This document shows positions 14,101 to 30,802 of a stretch of DNA of 64,000 nucleotides, piece after piece (position 1 is the first letter of the stretch; each line of letters begins with the position of its first letter). The DNA is from the human T2T-CHM13v2.0 reference genome, Homo sapiens. The stretch is from assembly GCF_009914755.1 (NCBI RefSeq), contig NC_060946.1. One strand, given 5' to 3'. Under the pieces are notes generated by a model. It searched no databases and was not told where the DNA came from. It saw nothing but the letters and a program-made list of their open reading frames with translations. A program made the translations under genes and the position numbers.

Positions 14101-16098
14101 CCCTGTAGGCAAAGCCTGGACAATAGTTACATCACTTGGGTGATCAGTGGCGAGATCTCTCACAATTCCCCTGTAGGCAGAGCTTATAAAACAGTTACAT
14201 CACCTGGGTGAGCAGTGCAGAGATAAGTCACAATTCCCCCACAGGCAGATCCAAGACTAGAGTCCGTCACCAGGGTGATCAGTGCAAAAATATGTCACAA
14301 CACCCCCTTAGGCAGAGCCTAGACAAAAGCCCCATCACCTGGATGATCAGTGCAGCGTTATGTCACAAAGTACCTTTAGGCAGATCCTAGACAAGAGTTA
14401 CATCACTTGGATGATCAGTGCAGGGATATGTCACAATGCCACTGTAGGCAGAGCCTAGACCAGTGTTACATGACCTAGGTGATCAGTGTAGAGATACATC
14501 TCAATGCCCCTATAGGCAGAGCCTTGACAAGTGGTATATCACCTGGGTGATCATTGCAGTGATATGTCACAAAGCACCCTGTAGGCAGATCCTAGAGAAG
14601 AGTTATATCACCTGGGTGATCAGTGCAGAGATATGTCACAAGCCCCCTGTCGGCAGAGCCTAGACAAGTGTTATATCTCCTGGGTGATCAGTGCAGTTAT
14701 ATGTCACAATGCCATGTAACCAGAGCCTAGACTAATGTTACAGCACCTGGGAGATCAGTGCAGAGATATGTCACAATGCCACTGTAGGCAGAGCCTAGAC
14801 AAATGTTACATGAGCTAGGTGATCAGTGGAGAGATACATTGCAATGTCCCTGTAGGCAGAGCCTTGACAAGTGGTACATCACCTGTGTGATCATTGCAGG
14901 GATATGTCACAAAGCACCCTGTACGCAGATCCTAGAAAAGAGTTATGTCACCTGGGTGATCAGTGCAGAGATATGTCACAATGCCACTGTAGGCAGAGCC
15001 TAGACAAGTGTTACATGACCTAGGTGATCAGTGCAGAGATACATCGCAATGTTCCTGTAGGCAGAGCCTTGACAAGTGGTACATCACCTGGGTGATCAGT
15101 GCAGTGATATGTCACAATGCCGTGTAGCCAGAGCCTAGACTAAATTTACAGCACCTGGGAGATCAGTGCAGAGGCATGTCACAGTGTCCCCAGTAGGCAG
15201 AGAACAAGCAAGAGCTGGATCACCTCAGGATCAGTGAAGAGATATGTCTCAATCCCCCTATGGACACAGCCTAGACAAGAGTTACATCACAGCGGTTACC
15301 AGTGCAGAGATATGTCAAAATGCCCCTGTAGGCAGAGCCTACACAAGTGTTACATCACTTAGGTGATCAGTGCAGAGATATGTCACAATACCCCATGTAA
15401 GCAGAGCCTGGACAATAGTTACATCACCTGAGTGATCAGTGCAGAGATCTGTCACAATGCCCCTTTAGGCAGAGCTTAGACCAGAGACAATGCCCCCATA
15501 GGCAAATCCAAGGCAAGAGCCCGTCACTGGGTGATCAGTGCAGAAGTATGTGACAATGCCCCCAGTAGGCAGAGCCTAGAGAAGAGTACCATCACCAGTG
15601 TGATCAGTGCAGAGATATTTCACAATGCCCCTGCAGGCAGAGCATAAGCAAGAGTTACATCACCTAGATGATCAGTGCAGAGATATGTCACAAGGTTCCC
15701 TATAGGCAGAGCCTGGACGAGAGTTACGTCACCTCGGTGATCAATGCAGTGATATGTCACTATGCCCCGTAGGCAGAGCCTAATCAAGCGTTACATCACC
15801 TGGGTGATCAGTGCAGAGATATGTCACAAAGCCCCCATACACAGAGCCTTGACAAGAGTCCCATCACCTAGGTGATCAGTGAAGAAATATGTCACAATGC
15901 CCCCATAGGCAGATCCAACACAAGAGTTACATTACCTGGGTGATCAGTGAAGAGATATATCACAATGCCCCCATAGGCAGAGCCTAGACAAAAGTCCCAT
16001 CACCTGGGTGATCAGTGCAGAGATATGTCACAAAGCCCCTGTAGGCAGAGCCTAGACAAGTGTTACATCACTTTGTTGATCAGTTCAGAGATGTGTCA
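8173..16098 (+). repeat. Beta satellite block 2
   Basis: Continuous ~68-bp monomers in the same orientation as block 1. Confidence 0.96.
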
Positions 16099-18148
<2,050 letters not shown>

Positions 18149-18418
18149 GACGCTGGGTTGGGACAGGGTCGGGTCAGGACAGGCCGGTGGCCTCTCTTTC
18201 GCGGGGAACACCTGGCTGGCTATGGAGGGGCGTGTCTTCCCCCCGCCCCCTCCACTGGGCTGACCGGCCTGGGATTCCTGCCTTCTAAGTCTAGGCTTGG
18301 TGAGAGGCTCCGCATAGGGGAGAACTGCCATTCTTTCCTGGGCATCCCGGGGATCCCAGAGCCGGCCCAGGTACCAGCAGGTGGACCTCCTACTGCACAA
18401 GCGTGGGTTTGCTGGCAG
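18149..18418 (+). repeat. D4Z4 distal segment, copy 3 (truncated; no pLAM)
   Basis: KpnI at 18370-18375, then only ~43 bp before an abrupt join to beta satellite. Confidence 0.85.
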
Positions 18419-21400
18419 GTATAAATCCCAAATCTTCCTGTAAGCAGAGCATAGACAAGAGATGCCTCCCGAGGGTGATCAGCGCAGAGATGTGTCACAA
18501 AGCCCCTGTAGGCAGAGCCTAGACAAGAGTTTCGTCACTTGGTTGATCAGTTCAGAGATGTGTCACAATGTCCATGTAGGCAGATCTAAGACAAGAGTCC
18601 ATCACCTGGGTGATCAGTGCAGAGATATGTACCAATGTCCCCTGTAGGCAGTAGCTAGACAAGAGTTGCATCACCTCAGAGATCAGTGCATAGATATGCG
18701 ACAAAGCCTTCTGTAGGCAAAGCCCATACAAGGCTTACATCACCTAGGTTATCAGTGCAGTGTTATGACACAAAAATCCCTGTAGACAGAGCCTAGAAAA
18801 GAGTTACATCACCCGGGTGATTAGTGCAGATATTTGACACAATGCCCCCATATACAGAGCCTAGACAAGAATTCCATCACCTGGGTGATCAGTGCAGAGA
18901 TATGTCACAAATCCCCCTCTAGGCAGAGTATAGAGAAGAGTCCCATCATCTGGGTGATCAGTGCAGAGATATTTCACAATGCCCCCTGTAGGCAGAGAGT
19001 GGACAAGAGTTACATAACCTAGGTGATCTGTGCAGAGCTATGTCAAAACGCCCCAATAGGCAGAGCCTTGATAAATGTTACATCACCTAGGTGATCAGTG
19101 CAGAGATACGTCACAATACACCCTGTAGGTGGAGCCTAGACAAGAGTTACATCACCTGGGTGATCAGTGCAGAAATATGTCACAAAGCCCCTGAAGGCCG
19201 AGCCTAGAAAAGAGTTATATCTCCTGGGTGATCAGTGCGAAGATATGTCACAAAGTCCCCTGTAGACAAATCCCAGAAAATTGTTACATCACCTGGGTGA
19301 TCAGCGGAGATATCTGTCACAATTCCCCTTTAGGCGCAGCTTAGACAAGCATTACATCACATGAGTGATCAGTGCAGATATATGTCACTGTGCTCCCATA
19401 GGCAGATCCAAGACAAGAGTCCATCACCTGGGTGATCAGTGCAGAAATATGCCACAATGCCGCCAGTGGGCAGATAAAGACAAGAGTTGCATCACCTGCG
19501 TGATCACTGCAGAGATATGTCACAATGCACGTGTAGGCAGAGCCTAGTCAAGAGTCCCATCACCTGGGTGATCAGTGCAGAGATATGTCACAATGCCCCC
19601 TTTTGGCAGAGCCTAGACACGGGTTACATCACCTGGGTGATCAGTGCAGAGATGTGTCACAAGACCCGTGTAGCCAGAGCCCAGACAAGGGTTACATCAG
19701 CTGTGTGATCAGTGCAGTGATATGTCACAATGTCCCTGTAGCCATATGTTGATAATAATGACATCACCTGGGTGATCAGTGCGGAGATATGTCACAATGT
19801 CTCCAGTTGGCAGAGACTAGGCAAGAGTTACATCACCTGGGTGATCAGGGAAGAGATATGTCACAATGCCCCCTGTATGCAGATCCCAGACAATAGTTGC
19901 ATCACCTCGGTGATCAGTGCAGAGATATGTCTCAATGCCCCATGTCGGCGAAGCCTATACAAGAGTTATATCATCTCGGTGATCAGTGCAGTGCTATGTT
20001 AAAATGCCCCTGTAGGCAGAGCCTAGACAAGAGTTACATCACCTGGGTGACCAGTGCTGAGATATCACACAAAACCCCCTGTAAGCAGAGCCTAGACGAG
20101 AGTTACATCACCTGGGTGATCAGTGTACAGATATGTCATAAATCCCACTGTAGGCAAAGCCTAGACAAGTTTTACATCACCTCAGCGATCACTACAGAGA
20201 TATGTACCAATGTCCCTCTAGGCAGAGCTTCAACAAGACTTACATGTCCTGGGTGATCAGTGCAGAGATAAGTCACAATGTCCCCATAGGCAGAGCCTAG
20301 AAAAGAGTTACATAAACCGGGTGATCCATGCAGAGTGATATCACAATGGCCTCGGTAGACAGAGACTAGAAAAGAGTTACATCAACTGCGTGATCAGTGT
20401 AGAGATATGTCACAATGCCCCCTGTAGGCACAGCATAGAGAAGAGTTGCATCACCTGGGTGATCAGTGCAGAGATATGTCACAATGTCCGCTGTAGGCAG
20501 AGCATAGAAAACAGTTGCATCACCTGGGTGATCAGTGTAGAGATATGTCACAATGTCCCCTGTAGGCAAAGCCTAGGCAAGAGTTACATCACCTTTGTCA
20601 TCAGTTCAGGGATATGTGAAAACGCCCCTGTAGGCAGAGCCTAGACAGGAGTTATATCACCTAGTTGATCAGTGCAGAGATATTTCACAATACCCCCTGT
20701 AGGCAGATCCTAGACAAGAGTTGAATCATGTGGGCGATCAGTGCAGAGATATTTCACAATGCCCCCTTTGGGCAGATGGTAGACAAGAGTTACATCACCT
20801 AGGTGATCAGTGCAGAGATTTGTCAAAATTCCCTGTAGGCAGTGCTTTGAAAAGTGTTACATCACCTAAGTGATCAGTGCAGAGATATGTCACAAAGCTC
20901 CTGTAGGCAGAACGTAGATGAGTTACATCACCTGGGTGATCAGTGCAAAAGTATGTCACAAAGCCCCCTGTAGGCAAAGCCTAGACTGTCGTTACATCAC
21001 TTGGGTGATCAGTGGCGAGATCTCTCACAATTCCCCTGTAGGCAGAGCATATACAACAGTTACTTCACCTGGGTGATCAATGCAGACATATGTCACAATG
21101 CCCCCATAGGCAGATCCAAGACAAGAGTCCGTCAACTGCGTGATCAATGCAGAAATATTTCACAATGCCACCTTAGGGAGAGCCTAGAAAAAATCCCCAT
21201 CACCTGTTTGATCGGTGCAGAGATATGTCACAAAATCCGTTTAGGCAGATCCTAGAGAAGATTTACATTACTTGGATGATCAGTGCAGAGTTATGTCACA
21301 AAGTCCCTTTAGGCAGATCCTAGACAACTGTTACATCACTTGGATGATCAGGGCAGAGATATGTCACAATGCCACTGTGCACAGAGCCGAGACAAGACTT

Positions 21401-24400
21401 AATTGACCTAGGAGATCAGTGCAGAGATACATCACAATTTCCCTGTAGGCAGAGCCTTGACAAGTGGTACATCACCTGGGTGATCAGTGCAGAATTATGT
21501 CACAATGCCCCCTTAGGCAGAGCCTAGACAAAATCCCCGTCAACTGGATGATCAGTGCAGATTTATGTCACAAACTCCCTTTTGGCAGATCCTAGAAAAG
21601 AGTTATGTCACCTGGGTGATGAGTGCAGAGATATGTCACAATGCCACTATAGGCAGAGCCTAGACAAGAGTTACATGACCTAGGTGATCAGTGCAGAGAT
21701 ACATTGCAATGCCCCTGTAGGTCGAGCCTTGACAAGTGGTATATCAGCTGGGTGATCATTGCAGGGACATGTCACAAAGCACCCTGTAAGCAGATCCTAG
21801 AGAAAAGTTATATCACCTGGGTGATCAGTGCAGAGATATGTCACAAGAACCCTGTAGGCAGAGCCTATACAAGAGTTATATCACCTGGGTGATCAGTGCA
21901 GTGATATGACAGGATGCCGTGTAGCCAGAGCCTAGACTAAAGTTACAGCACTTGGCAGATCAGTGCAGAGATATGTCACAATGTCCCCAGTAGGCAGAGA
22001 CCAGGCAAGAGTTGGATCACCTCGGGAACAGTGCAGAGATATGTCTCAATCCCCCTGTGGGCACAGCCAAGACAAGAGTTACATCACCTCGGTTAACAGT
22101 GCAGAGATATGTCAAAATGCCCCTATAGGCAGAGCCTACACAAATGTTACATCACTTAGGTGATCAGTGCAGAGATATGTCACAATACCCCCTGTAAGCA
22201 GAGCTTAGACCAGAGTTACAACACCTGGGTGATCAGTGCAGAGATATGTCACAATGCCCCCATAGGCAAATCCAAGACAAGAGTCCGTCACCTGGGTGAT
22301 CAGTGCAGAAATATGTGACAATGCACCTAGTAGGCAGAGCCTAGAGTAGATTCCCATCACCTGGGTGATCAGCACAGAGATATGTCACAATGCCCCCTGT
22401 AGGCAGAGCATAGAGAAGTGTTGCATCACCTGGGTGATCAGTGCAGAGATATGTCACAATGTCCCCTGTAGGCAGAGAATAGAGAAGAATTGCATCACCT
22501 GGGTGATCAGTGCAGAGATATGTCACAATGTCCCATGTAGGCAAAGCCTAGGCAAGAGTTACATCACCTTTGTCATCAGTTCAGGGATATGTGAAAACGC
22601 CCCTGTAGGCAGAGCCTAGACAAGAATTACATCACCTAGTTGATCAGTGCAGAGATATTTCAAAATTCCCCCTGTATGCAGATCGTAGACAACAGTTGAA
22701 TCACCTGGGTGATCAGTGCAGAGATATTTCACAATGCACCCTTTGGGCAGACAGTAGACAAGAGTAACATCACCTAGGTGATCAGTGCAGAGACTTGTCA
22801 AAATTCCCCGTAGGCAGTGCTTAGAAAAGTGGTACATCACCTAAGTGATCAGTGCAGAGATATGTCACAAAATTCCTGTAGGCAGAACTTAGATGAGTTA
22901 CATCACCTGGGTGATCAGTTCAAAGGTATGTCACAAAGTCCCATGTAGGCAAAGCCTATACAATAGTTACATCACTTGGGTGATCAGTGCAGAGTTATGT
23001 CACAAGGTACCTTTAGGCAGATCCTAGACAAGAGTTACATCACTTGGATGATGAGTGGAGAGATATGTCACAATGCCACTCTAGGCAGAGCCTAGACAAG
23101 AGTTTCATGACCTAGGTGATCAGTGCAGAGATACATCGCAATGCCCCTGTAGGCAGAGCCTTTACAAGTGGTATATCACCTGGGTGATCATTGCAGGGAT
23201 ATGTAACAAAGCACCCTGTAAGCAGATCCTAGGGAAGAGTTATACCACCTGGGTGATCAGTGCAGAGATATGTCACAGGCCCCCTGTAGGCAGAGCGTAG
23301 ACAAGGGTTATATCATCTGGATGGTCAGTGCAGTGATATGTCACGATGCCATGTTGCCAGAGACTAGACTAAATTTACAGCACCTGGGAGATCAGTGCAG
23401 ATATATGTCACAATGTCCCCAGTAGGCAGAGACAAGGCAAGAGTTGGATAACCTTGGAATCAGTGCAGGGATATGTCTCAATCCCCCTGTGGGAACAGCC
23501 TAGACAAGAGTTACATCACCCAGGTTATCATGCAGAGATATGTCAAAATGCCCCTGTAGGCAGAGCCTACACAAGTGTCACATCACTTAGGTGATCAGTG
23601 CGGAGATATGTCACAATACCCCCTGTAAGCAGAGCCTAGACAAGAGTTACATCACCTGGGTGATCAGTGCAGAGATATGTGACAAGACCCCTTTAAGCAG
23701 AGCCTAGACAATAGTTACATCACCTGAGTGATCATTGCAGAGATCTGTCACAAAGCCCCTTTAAGCAGTGCTTAGACCAGAGTTACATCACCTGGGTGAT
23801 CAGTGCAGAGATATGTCACAATGCCCCCATAGGCAAATTCAAGACAAGAGTCCGTTACCTCGGTGATCAGTGCAGAAATATGTGACAATGCCCCCAGCAG
23901 GCAGAGCCTAGAGTAGAGTCCCATCACCTGGGTGATCAGTGTAGAGATATTTCACAATTCCCCTGCAGGCAGAGTGTAAGCAAGACTTACATCACCTAGA
24001 TGATCAGTGCAGAGATATGTCACAAGGCCCCCTATAGGCAGAGCCTGGACAAGACTTACATCACCTCGGTGATCAATGCAGTGATATGTCACTATGCCCC
24101 CTGTAGGCAGAGAGTGGACAAGAGTTACATAACCTATGTGATCTGTGCAGAGTTATGTGAAAAAGCCCCTATAGGCAGAGCCTAGATACATGTTACAACA
24201 CCTGGGTGATCAGTGCAGAGATACGTCACAAAACCCCCAGTAGGTGGAGTCTAGACAAGAGTTACGTCACCTGGGTGATCACTGAAGAAATATGTCACAA
24301 AGCCCCTGCAGGCAGAGCCTAGCCAAGAGTTTCATCTCCTGAGTGATCAGTGCAACGGTATGTCAGAAAGTCCCATGTAGACAAATCCCAGAAAATTGTT

Positions 24401-27400
24401 ACATCACCTAGGTGACCAGTGGAGATATCTGTCACAACTCCCTTTTAGGCGCAGCTTAGACAAGGGTTACATCACATGAGTGATCAGTGCAGAGATATGT
24501 CACTATGCCCCCATTGGCAGATCCAAGACAAGAGTCCATCACCTGGGTGATCAGTGAAGAAATTTGCCACAATGCCGCCAGTAGGCAGACATGGACAAGA
24601 GTTCCATCACCTGTGTGATCACTGCAGAGATATGTCACAATGCCCCTATAGGTAGAGCCTAGACAAGAGTCCCATCACCTGGGTGATCATTGCGGATTTA
24701 TGTCACAATGTCCGCTTTTGGCAGAACCTAGAAAATGGTTACATCACCTGGGTGATCAATGCAGATATGTGTCACAAGCCACCTGTAGCCAGAGCCTAGA
24801 CAAGAGTTACATCAGCTGTGTGATCAGTGCAGTGACATGTCACAATGTCCCTGTAGCCATATCCTTGACAAAAGTGACATCACCTGGGTGATCAGTGCGG
24901 AGATATGTCACATTGACTCCAGTAGGCATTGCCTAGACAAGAGTTAGATCACCTGGGTGATCCGGGCAGAGATATGTCACAATGCCCCCTGTAAGCAGAT
25001 CCCAGACAAGAGTTGCATCACCTTGGTGATCAGTGCAGAGGTATGTCTCAATGCCCCCTGTTGGCGAAGCCTATGAAAGAGTTACATCATCTCGGTGATC
25101 AGTGCAGTGATATGTGAAAATGCCCCTGTAGGCAGAGCCTAGACAAGAGCTACATCACCTGCGTGGTCAGTGCAGAGGTATCTCACAATACCCCCTGTAA
25201 GCAGAGCCTAGACACTAGTTACATCACCTGGGAGATCAGTGCAGAGATATGTCATAAATCTCACTGTAGGCAAAGCGTAGACAAGTTTTACATCATGTCA
25301 GCGATCAGTGAAGAGATATGTCCCAATGTCCCTCTAGGCAGAGCTTAGAAAAGAGTCACATCTCCTGGGTGATCAGTGCAGAGATAAGTCACAATGCCCC
25401 GTAGGCAGAGCCTAGACAAGGGTTACATAACCCGGGTGATCCGTGCAGAGTGATGTCACAACGTCCTCTGTAGGCAGATCCTAGAAAAGAGTTACATCAC
25501 CTAGGTGATCAGTGCAGAGATTTGTCAAAATTCCCTGTAGGCAGTGCTTATAAAAGTGTTACATCACCTAAGTGATCAGTGCAGAGATATGTCACAAAGC
25601 TCCTGTAGGCAGAACTTAGATGAGATACATCACCTGGGTGATCAGTGCAAAGGTATGTCACAAAGCCCCCTGTAGGCAAAGCCTAGACAATAGTTACATC
25701 AATTGGGTAATCAGTAGCGATATCTCTCACAATTCCCCTGTAGGCAGGGCTTATACAACCGTTACGTCACCTGGGTGATCAGTACAGAGATATGTCAAAA
25801 TGCCCTCTTAGGCAGATCCAATACAAGAGTCTGTCACTTGTGTGATCAGTGCAGAAATATGTCACGATGCCCCCTTAGGCAGAGCCTAGACAAAAGCCAC
25901 ATCATCTGGATGTTCAGTGCAGAGTTATGTCACAAAGTCCCTTTAGGCAGATCCTAGACAAGAGTTACATCACTTGGATGATCAGTGCAGAGATATGTCA
26001 CAATGCCACCATAGGCAGAGCCTAGACAAGAGTTTCATGACCTAGGTGATCAGTGTAGAGATACATCGCAATGTCCCTGTAGGCAGAGCCTTGACAAATG
26101 GTACATCACCTGGGTGATCATTGCAGGGATATGTCACAAAGCAACCTGTAGGCAGATCCTAGAAAAGAGGTACATCACCTGGGTGATCAGTGAAGAGATA
26201 TGTCACAATTCCACCGTAGACAGAGCCTAGACAAGAGTTACATGACCTAGGTGATTAGTGCAGAGACACATCGCAATGCCCCTGTAGGCAGAGCCTTGAC
26301 AAGTGGTATATCACCTGGGTGATCATTGCAGGGATATGTCACAAAGCACCCTGTAGGCAGATCCTAGAGAAGAGTCATATCACCTGGGTGATCAGTGCAG
26401 AGATATGTCACAAGAACCCTGTAGGCAGAGCCTAGACAAGAGTTATATGACCTGGGTTCTCAGTGCAGTGATATGTCACAATGCTGTGTAGCCAGAGACT
26501 AGAATAAAGTTACTGCACCTGGAAGATCAGTGCAGAGATATGTCACAATGTCCCCAGTAGGCAGAGACCAGGCAAGAGTTGGATCACCTCGGGATCAAGG
26601 CAGAGATATGTCTCAATCCCCCTGTGGGCACAGCCTAAACAAGAGTTACATCACCTCGTTTAACAGTGCAGAGATATGTCAAAATAACCCTGTAGGCAGA
26701 GCCTACACAAGTGTTACATCACTTAGGTGATCAGTGCAGAGATATTTCACAATAGCCCCTGTAAGCAGAGCCTAGACAAGAGTCACATCACCTGGGTGAT
26801 CAGTGCAGAGATATGTCACAATGTCCCCTGAAGGCAGAGCATAAAGAAGAGCTGCATCACCTGGGTGATCAGTGAAGAGATATGCCACAATGTCCCCTGT
26901 AGGCAGAACCTAGAGAAGAGTTGCATCACCTGGTTGATCAGTGTAGAGATATGTCACAATGTCCCATGTAGGCAAAGCCTAGGCAAGAGTTACATCACCT
27001 TTGTCATCATTTCAGGGATATGTGAAAACGCCGCTGTAGGCCGATCCCAGACAGGAATTGAATCACCTGGGTGAACAGTGCAGAGACATTTCACAATGCC
27101 CCCTTTGGGCAGAGGGTACACAAGAGTTACATCTCCTAGGTGATCAGTGCAGAGATTTGTCAAAATTCCCCGTAGGCAGTGCTTGTAAAAGTGTTACATC
27201 ACCTAAGTGATCAGTGCAAAGAAATGTCACAAAGCTCCTGTAGGCAGAACTTAGATGAGTTACATCACCTGGGTGATCAGTGCAAAGGTATGTCACAAAG
27301 CCCCCTGTAAGCAAAGCCTAGACAATAGTTACATCACTTGGGTGATCATTGGCGATATCTCTCACAATTCCCCTGTAGGCAGGGCTTCTACAACTGTTAC

Positions 27401-28044
27401 ATCACCTGGGTGATCAGTGCAGAGATATGTCACAATGCCCCCTTAGGCAGATCCAAGACAAGAGTCTGTCACCTGGGTGATCAGTGCAGAAATATGTCAC
27501 AATGCCCCCTTAGGCAGAGCCTAGACAAAAGCCCCCAAACCGGGATGATCAGTGCAGAGTTATGTCACAAAATCCCTTTAGGCAGATCCTAGACGAGCGT
27601 TACATCACTTGGATGATCAGTGCAGAGATATGTCACAATGCCACTGTAGGCAGAGCCTAGACAAGAGTTACATGACCTAGGTGATCAGTGCAGAGATATG
27701 TCACAATAGCCCCTGTAAGCAAGGCATAGACAAGAATTACATCACCTGGGTGATCAGTGCAGAGATATGTCACAAAGCCCCCATACACAGAGCCTAGACA
27801 AGAGTCCCATCACCTGGAAGATCAGTGCAGAAATATGTCAAAATGCCGCCATAGGCAGATCCAACACAAGAGTTACATCACCTGGGTGATCAGTGTAGAG
27901 ATATCTCACAAAGGCCCCATAGGCAGAGGCTAGACAAAAGTCCCATCATCTGGGTGATCAGTGCAGAGATTTGTCACAAAGCTCCTGTAGGCAGAGCCTA
28001 GACAAGAGTTACATCACTTTGTTCGTCAGTTCAGAGATGTGTCA
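18419..28044 (+). repeat. Beta satellite block 3
   Basis: Continuous ~68-bp monomers. Confidence 0.96.
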
Positions 28045-30101
<2,057 letters not shown>

Positions 30102-30802
30102 GACGCAGGGTTGGGACTGTGTTGGGCCGGGGCAGGGCGTTGGTCTCTCTTTCGCAGGGAACACATGGCTGGATATGGAGGGGCGTGTCTTCCCCACGCC
30201 CTCTCCACTGGGCTGACTGGCCTGGGATTCCTTCCTTCTAAGTCTAGGCCCTGTGAGAGGCTTCACACAGCGGGGAGCAGCAATTCTTTCCTGGGCATCC
30301 CGGGGATCCCAGAGCTGGCCCAGGTACCAGCAGGTGGGCCGCCTACTGCACACAAGCGGGTTTGCGGGCAGCCACCTGTGCTGTGGGAGCAGCCTGGGCA
30401 GAGCTCTCATGCCTTTCCACCACCCCAGCCCCGCCTGTACTCCCCCACCCCAGCACCACGACCCACCCCCAGAAAATGCATCCTCCCTTGGGCTGGGTGG
30501 AGACCCACGTCCCGCGAAACACCGGTCCTGCGCAGCGTCCAGGCCTGACACCGCCCCAGCGGCTCGCCTACTCTGCACCTCCACGCTATCTCCACCGGCC
30601 CGCCCATGTCCCTGCAGCCTCCCAGCTGCCACCATGGAGCGCCTGGCGGCAGAACACAGACCTCTAGCTCTCTTTGCCATGCTCCTGGCTAGACCTGGGC
30701 TAATTGCGCACCCCGGCTGACATGCAAGGGAGCCCGCTAGCCTCTGTGCCCTTGTCTGTCTGTGAAATTCCGGCTGAGGCTCTCCCAACACCTTCAGACG
30801 CT
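30102..30802 (+). repeat. D4Z4 distal segment with pLAM-like end, copy 4
   Basis: KpnI at 30323-30328; LSau-like segment; CCTGGCTAG/ACCTG near 30692. Confidence 0.85.
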
